Below are positions 58,711 to 64,000 of a stretch of DNA of 64,000 nt, piece by piece. The stretch spans positions 96,001 through 160,000 of the forward strand of contig OY970342.1 of NCBI GenBank assembly GCA_963717505.1, written 5' to 3'. Position 1 is the stretch's first letter. Each line of letters begins with the position of its first letter. The notes beneath the pieces are model-generated. The model saw only the letters and a program-made list of their open reading frames with translations, made no database searches and had not been told where the DNA came from. A program made the translations under genes and the position numbers. The stretch comes from Candidatus Eiseniibacteriota bacterium (GTDB lineage: Bacteria > Eisenbacteria > RBG-16-71-46).

Positions 58711-59065
58711 TGCGCGGGCCCGCCTCGATGCCTCGTTCGCCGCGCTCTCGGATGCCACTCGACGCGGCGTTCTGGAGCAGCTCGGGCGTTCCGACGCTTC
58801 GATCACGGACCTTGCCGAGAAGTTCCACATGACCCTCACGGGCATGAAGAAGCACGTCGGACTCTTGGAGCGGGCCGGGCTCGTCACTACGGAGAAGGTC
58901 GGTCGCGTGCGGACCTGCAAGCTCGGCACGCGCCGATTCGAGAAAGAGGCGGCATGGCTCGAGAGGTACCACCAAGTCTGGGACTCAAGGTTCGACGAAT
59001 TGGACAAGGTTGTCGAAGAACTGAAACGGAAGGAGAACATCGATGGACACAAGAAGAGAGAGTGA
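58700..59065 (+). CDS. ArsR/SmtB-family transcriptional regulator
   Basis: FAALSDATRRGVL, ITDLA...KKHVGLLERAGLV..EKVGRVR. Confidence 0.92.
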   Translation: MVQYARARLDASFAALSDATRRGVLEQLGRSDASITDLAEKFHMTLTGMKKHVGLLERAGLVTTEKVGRVRTCKLGTRRFEKEAAWLERYHQVWDSRFDELDKVVEELKRKENIDGHKKRE

Positions 59066-59555
59066 GCCCACCATGAAGAACCGTACGACGGTGGAACGGA
59101 AGTCCGAGCGTGAGCTGGTCGTCACGCGAACTTTCAACGGCCCGGCGCGCCTCGTGTTCGAGGCGTGGACCAAGCCCGAGCTGTTCAGGCAGTGGTGGGT
59201 GCCGAAGTCGATGGGAATGTCCCTGCTTTCCTGCGAAATGGATGTTCGTCGGGGGGGCAGGTACCGTTTGGAGTTCGCACACGGGGACTCACCATTGGCG
59301 TTCTTCGGCACGTACAAGGAAGTAACACCGCACTCGCGCCTCGTCTGGACCAATGAGGAAAGTGACGAGGGTTCCGTCACAACGGTGACCTTCGCGGAAA
59401 AAGGCGGCAAGACGTTGCTGGTCATGCACGAGCTTTATCCCTCGAAGGAAGCTCTCGACGCCGCCGGCACCGGGGCGGCGGATGCGATGGGAGAGACGTT
59501 CGAGCAACTGGACGAGCTTCTCGTCACCCTGGGCGCGAGCGTGGGACGGTCATGA
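59043..59555 (+). CDS. SRPBCC/AHSA1-domain protein
   Basis: ELVVTRTFNGPARLVFEAWTKPEL...WW.P, DVRRGG.YR, QLDELL; alternative start at 59073. Confidence 0.9.
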   Translation: MDTRRESEPTMKNRTTVERKSERELVVTRTFNGPARLVFEAWTKPELFRQWWVPKSMGMSLLSCEMDVRRGGRYRLEFAHGDSPLAFFGTYKEVTPHSRLVWTNEESDEGSVTTVTFAEKGGKTLLVMHELYPSKEALDAAGTGAADAMGETFEQLDELLVTLGASVGRS

Positions 59556-59688
59556 AGTTGTCGCTTTCGCGGGCGGCACGGCTCATTCGTCCCGACCTCT
59601 ATCCGGCGGGAAACGGCGCTCGCGAACCGCCGCAATGCTGCGATGGAGGTGTTGGCGCTATCCAGGGGTATCGGGACGAGGCTGGTTC

Positions 59689-61032
59689 CTAGTGAGCAAC
59701 TGCCCTACCCGCGACGGTCCCCGACGACCAGGAGAACTGGAAGTTGAATCCCCCCAACCGGCCCTCGACGTCGAGAATCTCCCCGCACAGGAACAACCCC
59801 GGCACGATCCGCGACTCGAGCGTCGACGGATTGACCTGGTCCAGCGCCACGCCTCCCGCGGTGACCTCCGCCTTCTCGTAGCCCAGCGTCCCAGTCACCG
59901 GAAGTTCGCGACCGACCACGCGTGCGATTAGCGCTGCGCGCGATTCGCGTGACACCTGTGAAACGAGCGCGGAGGCGTTTACGCTCGCCTCCGCGCACAG
60001 GGCGACGACCAATCGATCCGGCAGCCGCTCGCCCAGCCAGCGGCGCACGATCGCGCGCGGTCGCGTCTGCGCCACCGACACCCACTCGGCCGTCAAGGCT
60101 TCGACCGTGACGCCTGGCAGGAACGACGCGGTCACGCGCCGCGGCGCATCGTCCGTCAACGACGCCCGCAGCCAATGTCGCGACAGATCCAGCGCCGCGG
60201 GGCCCGAGTAGCCGAAGTGAGCGAACAGAAACGATCCGCGCACGGTCTCGCCCTTGCGCCCTCCTACCCACAGCGATAGCTCGATATCGAGCGTCAGTCC
60301 CTGAAGCAACGTGCACCACGGGTCGCTCGCGGCCAGCGGCGTCAACGCCGGAATGGTCGGGACGATCGTGTGTCCCAGCGACTGCACGAGCGAATACCCA
60401 GCGCCGTCACTCCCGGTCCGCGGGAACGACAACCCGCCGGTCGCGAGCACGACGGCATCGGCCTCGAGCCACTCTTCGGGCTCCGCATCGATCAAGGGCC
60501 ACTCCGCACGTCCGACCGCGGCCACGGGAGCAAATGCCGTGCTGTCGGCCACGCGCTGGAGCCCCAAACGAAACCCGCGCTCGATCCGCACGACGCGCGC
60601 CCCTTGGCGCAACTCCACTCCCATCCGAGCAGCCTCGCCCAGCAAGGCATCCAGCACGGTCTGTGCGTCGTCGCTCACCGGGAAGTACTTCCCCGTATCT
60701 TCGAGCTTGAGCGCCACGCCCATCGACTCGAGCCACGCACGCGACTGCTCGGGGGTGAACGCACGCAGGACGCGTACCACGAATGGCCGCGAGCCGGCGT
60801 GGTAGTCGCGCTCGCCGACCTCGCGATGGGTCACGTTGCAGCGTGTGCCCCCCGACATCAGGATCTTCAGGCCGACTCTTGGGTGGGCGTTCAGGAGCAC
60901 GACGCGCGCGCCACCCTCGGCGGCCCGAATGGCCGCGGTGAGCCCGGCGGCGCCGGCGCCGACCACGGCGACCGTCTTGCGAACAGATGTGGGTTTGATT
61001 GGCTCCGGTTCCGGTAGTTCGGTCCGTGTCAC
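59689..61032 (-). CDS. HI0933/BaiN-family NAD(P)/FAD flavoprotein
   Basis: VGAGAAG, KILMSGGTRCNVT, ATGG.SFP.TGSDG.GY, VTAGGV, GEILDVEG.LGGFNFQ. Confidence 0.93.
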   Translation of the reverse strand: MTRTELPEPEPIKPTSVRKTVAVVGAGAAGLTAAIRAAEGGARVVLLNAHPRVGLKILMSGGTRCNVTHREVGERDYHAGSRPFVVRVLRAFTPEQSRAWLESMGVALKLEDTGKYFPVSDDAQTVLDALLGEAARMGVELRQGARVVRIERGFRLGLQRVADSTAFAPVAAVGRAEWPLIDAEPEEWLEADAVVLATGGLSFPRTGSDGAGYSLVQSLGHTIVPTIPALTPLAASDPWCTLLQGLTLDIELSLWVGGRKGETVRGSFLFAHFGYSGPAALDLSRHWLRASLTDDAPRRVTASFLPGVTVEALTAEWVSVAQTRPRAIVRRWLGERLPDRLVVALCAEASVNASALVSQVSRESRAALIARVVGRELPVTGTLGYEKAEVTAGGVALDQVNPSTLESRIVPGLFLCGEILDVEGRLGGFNFQFSWSSGTVAGRAVAH

Positions 61033-61095
61033 GAATGCCCGGCCACCCAAAGATTCAGGTGGCCGGGCCCGGTCTCCACGTCTTCGGAACCGAAT

Positions 61096-61213
61096 CTACT
61101 CCAACAGGGCGAGCTTGTGGACGCCGAGCACTCTTCCGTCCACCTCGAACTGCACGAAGTAGACTCCGGCCGGCAACTTGGCCCGATCGGGCGAAGAGGT
61201 CTCGAGTCTTCAT
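61096..61213 (-). pseudogene. Collapsed relic of a secreted FlgD-Ig-tailed protein gene
   Basis: RBS AAAGGA plus ATG AAG ACT, then out of frame KLPAGVYFVQFEVDGRVLGVHKLALLE-stop, resembling the neighbour's tail AGFYVVQLRVGDRVL. Confidence 0.6.
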
Positions 61214-61242
61214 GGTCCGTTCCTTTCGTTGATCGCCGTGCG

Positions 61243-63219
61243 TCAGCGAACGCGAACGCCGGATTGTTTGAGGACGCGATCCCCGACGCGGAGCTGGACG
61301 ACGTAGAAGCCGGCTCCGAATTCGCGGCCGTTCGCGTCGCGGAAGTTCCAGGTCGCGTGGTGTTCGCCCGCCGGACGTCGCCCCTGGGCGAGCTGCGCCA
61401 GCTTCCGGCCGGCGAGATCGAAGACCGCGAGCGAAACGTCCTCGTCCTTGGCGAGCGTGAAGCGCAGGAGCACCTCGTCGCGCGCGGGGTTGGGAGCGGG
61501 AGCCGCCAGGAAGAATCGTTCGGTGCGTGCCGGGTCTTCGGCGCCGACGTTCTGCGGACGAATCACCGCCAGGTAGTCCTCGGTTTCTCCGCCGCGGAAG
61601 AACAGGTCCCCAGTCGGCCCGGCCGAGCCGTCCCACGGGAAGTCGTCTGACACCGGGGTCGCGGTCAGCGTGATCCGCACCCAGCCCTGGCCCACGTGCG
61701 GGCCCACGAGGAACGCGGGTGACGTGTGTTTCTCGCATCCGGGCGCCAGCGGGATGAGTCGGTTCTTGACCGCCCATTCGTAGGCGCATCCGGCCCCGGC
61801 GCAGGCGAAGTTGTCGTTCCAATCGCCGTCCGCGTTCATGTCGACCAGCACGTTGAGGAAGACTTCGCGGGGCAGGGTTTTGCAGTTGAAGGTCGAGAAG
61901 TCGACGGTGCCCGGGCGACAGGCGTTGAACGAGATCCAGGGCAGATCGACTCCGGCGTCGACGCCGTCGCCATAGCACTCGTCCTGCCCCCAGACCAGGC
62001 CCGAAAGCTCGGTGCAGTCGACCAGCAGGTTCGTGCTGCACATGCTGGCGAGCGCTCCCGTGTCGTTGGTCTTGCCGTCGGTCTCGCTGTCTACGGCAAG
62101 CGTCCCGGCGGTCGAGCAGCCGAGCCAGAATCCGAACTCGTCGTTCGCGGAGGCCAGGTGCTTCACGAATCCGGTCGGCCCCGGCGGCGTGCTGAGCGCC
62201 GGTACGCACGCCAACTCCTGCGTTCCGGGAATACCCGGGCCACTGCACGTCGGAAAACGTCCGGGCACGCCGGGATACGCGCGCGCTTCCTCGGGGGCAT
62301 CGCCCCAATCTTCATAGTCCAGGCACTCGCCGATCATCGACGGCAGGATGACCACCGGATAGTCCTCGGTCTCGCCATTGTGGAGGCTTTGGGTCGGCGT
62401 CCCGACCGAACCGTTCCACGGGAAGTCGTCCGGTGCCTGTTCGTCGCTGAGCGTAATGCGCATCCAGCCGTCGCCGGGGTTCGGTCCGACGCGGAAGGTC
62501 GGAACGAAGATCGTGTTGCACCCGGGCGCGAGCGTGACCAGGAAGTTCTTGACCGGCCACTCGAATGCACATCCGCTGGCGCAGTTGAAGTTGTCGTTCC
62601 AGTCGCCGTCCCGGTTCCAGTCCGCCAGGATGTTCAAGTACGCCGTGCGACTGACCGCGGCACAACTGAAGGCAGCGATCGTCCAGCCCACGTTGCCGGG
62701 GCCGCAGGCGGTGAGCGTGATCGGGGCCGCGAGCGCGGCGTCGCTGCTGCCATAGCCTTCGTCCTGGCCGAAGTTGAGGATCCCCGCGGTCTCGATGCAG
62801 TCGACGCCGACCGCGCCATTGCACGCGCTGATCGCTGAGCCGTTGTCGTTGACCTTGGCGTCGCTCTCGCCGTCGATCCCCATCGGGGGATTGCCCACCG
62901 GCGGACAACCGAGCCAGTAGCGGTCCGTGCCCGGATGCACGTGGCGAACGTAGCCAGTCGGCCCGGGGGCGGTACTGATCGGCGGACAAACGAACGTCCG
63001 CGTGCCGAGCAGCGCGCTGGTCGCGATGCAGCTCGGGAACTGTCCGGTCACGCCGGGATAGGCAAGCACCCCTTCGGGAGCGTCGCCGAAATCCACCGGC
63101 GCGGCGGGTCGCGTGCAATCGTCAGGACCATCCACGTCGGTGGCACGCGCGGGGTGGGGCGAATACCCGGCGCAGACCAGGCACAAAGTCACCAGGAATC
63201 GAACAATCGTTGGCCTCAT
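61243..63219 (-). CDS. Secreted Cys-rich protein with two tandem DxGDAP...GEVED-like repeats and a C-terminal FlgD-Ig-like domain
   Basis: Signal peptide; DFGDAPE/DWGDAPE, DWNRDGDWND/DMNADGDWND, GETEDY twice; PNP...VFDLAGRKL...GFYVVQL; RBS GGAGG. Confidence 0.88.
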   Translation of the reverse strand: MRPTIVRFLVTLCLVCAGYSPHPARATDVDGPDDCTRPAAPVDFGDAPEGVLAYPGVTGQFPSCIATSALLGTRTFVCPPISTAPGPTGYVRHVHPGTDRYWLGCPPVGNPPMGIDGESDAKVNDNGSAISACNGAVGVDCIETAGILNFGQDEGYGSSDAALAAPITLTACGPGNVGWTIAAFSCAAVSRTAYLNILADWNRDGDWNDNFNCASGCAFEWPVKNFLVTLAPGCNTIFVPTFRVGPNPGDGWMRITLSDEQAPDDFPWNGSVGTPTQSLHNGETEDYPVVILPSMIGECLDYEDWGDAPEEARAYPGVPGRFPTCSGPGIPGTQELACVPALSTPPGPTGFVKHLASANDEFGFWLGCSTAGTLAVDSETDGKTNDTGALASMCSTNLLVDCTELSGLVWGQDECYGDGVDAGVDLPWISFNACRPGTVDFSTFNCKTLPREVFLNVLVDMNADGDWNDNFACAGAGCAYEWAVKNRLIPLAPGCEKHTSPAFLVGPHVGQGWVRITLTATPVSDDFPWDGSAGPTGDLFFRGGETEDYLAVIRPQNVGAEDPARTERFFLAAPAPNPARDEVLLRFTLAKDEDVSLAVFDLAGRKLAQLAQGRRPAGEHHATWNFRDANGREFGAGFYVVQLRVGDRVLKQSGVRVR

Positions 63220-63487
63220 GGCTCACCTCCAGCGCAGCCCACCGGGGGCAGACGTCGACTTGGACCTTCCAGGCCAAACTCTTCAACGCAATCCGGGCCT
63301 GGCGGCGGACATCCCCTGTCCAGCGCGTCCGCCATAGCCGTGCGCTTCCGTTCTTGAGGTGGAGCCCGGCGGGAAGCCGCCGGGCAGGGGGCATCGCGTG
63401 GGCATCGGCTGCCGCCGAGAGGCCTGCCATGCCATCATGCGAACCGCCCGGGGCGGCTCTGCCCGGGCCATGGGGGCGTTCCGCGAC

Positions 63488-64000
63488 GTGCAGGTCGATC
63501 GACTCAAGACGCTCTGGCCCGAGATCGATGCGCTGCTCGACCAGCTGCTCGAGCTGGACGAGCCCGAACGGTCGCGCCTGATCGACCGGGCGTTCGCCGA
63601 CTCGCCCGAGAAACGTCGCGCGGTCGAAGCCCTGCTGCGCGCGGATCACGAGTCGGGCGGCTTGATCGAGACGCCGCTGCCCCTGCCCGATCTCGCGGGC
63701 GATGTAGCCCCGAGTGAGTCGTCGGATGTCGTCAATGCTCGAATCGGACCCTACGTCGTGCGCCGCGAGATCGCGCGCGGTGGCATGGGCACCGTCTTGC
63801 TTGCCGAGCGCGACGACGGTCAGTTCGCGCAGCAGGTGGCGATCAAGCTGATCCGTTCCGACGTGCTGACCCCGGGAGCGCGGGAGCGCTTCCTGCTCGA
63901 GCGTCGCATCCTGGCCGGGCTCCAGAACTCGCATGTCGCACGCCTGCTCGACGGCGGCGTGCGCGAAGACGGTTCGCCGTACCTGGTCATGGAGTACGTC
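63488..64000 (+). CDS. Hanks-type Ser/Thr protein kinase, N-terminal part (truncated by window edge)
   Basis: IGPYVVRREIARGGMGTV, VAIK, RFLLERRILA.L, RLLDGG...PYLVMEYV; start may instead be 63437 or 63470. Confidence 0.92.
   Translation, partial: MQVDRLKTLWPEIDALLDQLLELDEPERSRLIDRAFADSPEKRRAVEALLRADHESGGLIETPLPLPDLAGDVAPSESSDVVNARIGPYVVRREIARGGMGTVLLAERDDGQFAQQVAIKLIRSDVLTPGARERFLLERRILAGLQNSHVARLLDGGVREDGSPYLVMEYV

Noticed and set aside
61055-61213. 52-aa ORF MKTRDLFARSGQ as a real small protein
   Set aside because: The protein-like sequence lies in another frame (FlgD-Ig tail); better read as a deletion relic
1-64000. CRISPR arrays, tRNA/rRNA genes, IS elements, prophage
   Set aside because: No regularly spaced repeats, RNA gene signatures, transposase, integrase or phage genes seen by eye; small or divergent RNAs could have been missed

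Overview
High-GC bacterial chromosomal window (roughly 68-70% GC by eye) with no rRNA, tRNA, CRISPR array, integrase or transposase that I can see. Several secreted proteins end in FlgD-Ig-like tails, which suggests a Ca. Eisenbacteria-like or FCB-adjacent lineage (inference only). Bases 1-11.5 kb carry a type IVa pilus locus: pilT-pilB-pilC-pilA, three minor pilins, pilMNOP, a secretin and pilD. The pilX-like gene in it is broken by many frameshifts. The remainder is a mosaic of envelope, hydrolase, regulatory and housekeeping genes. The best candidate for a little-described system is a translationally coupled trio at 28.7-32.8 kb: a secreted TPR-CHAT caspase-like protease, an ECF sigma factor and a single-TM anti-sigma-like protein, with an ECF-type promoter in front of the divergent OmpA gene. 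A second candidate is a convergent pair at 19-22.3 kb: an 892-aa coiled-coil protein and a DUF4388/MshEN protein that share upstream DNA boxes and both end in -AKAA. Other observations are a LytTR operator, a LexA-like box, a Fur-family-like box, apparently leaderless genes, three gene relics, and isolated single-base frameshifts that look like assembly errors. All family calls come from motif recognition by eye, not from database searches.
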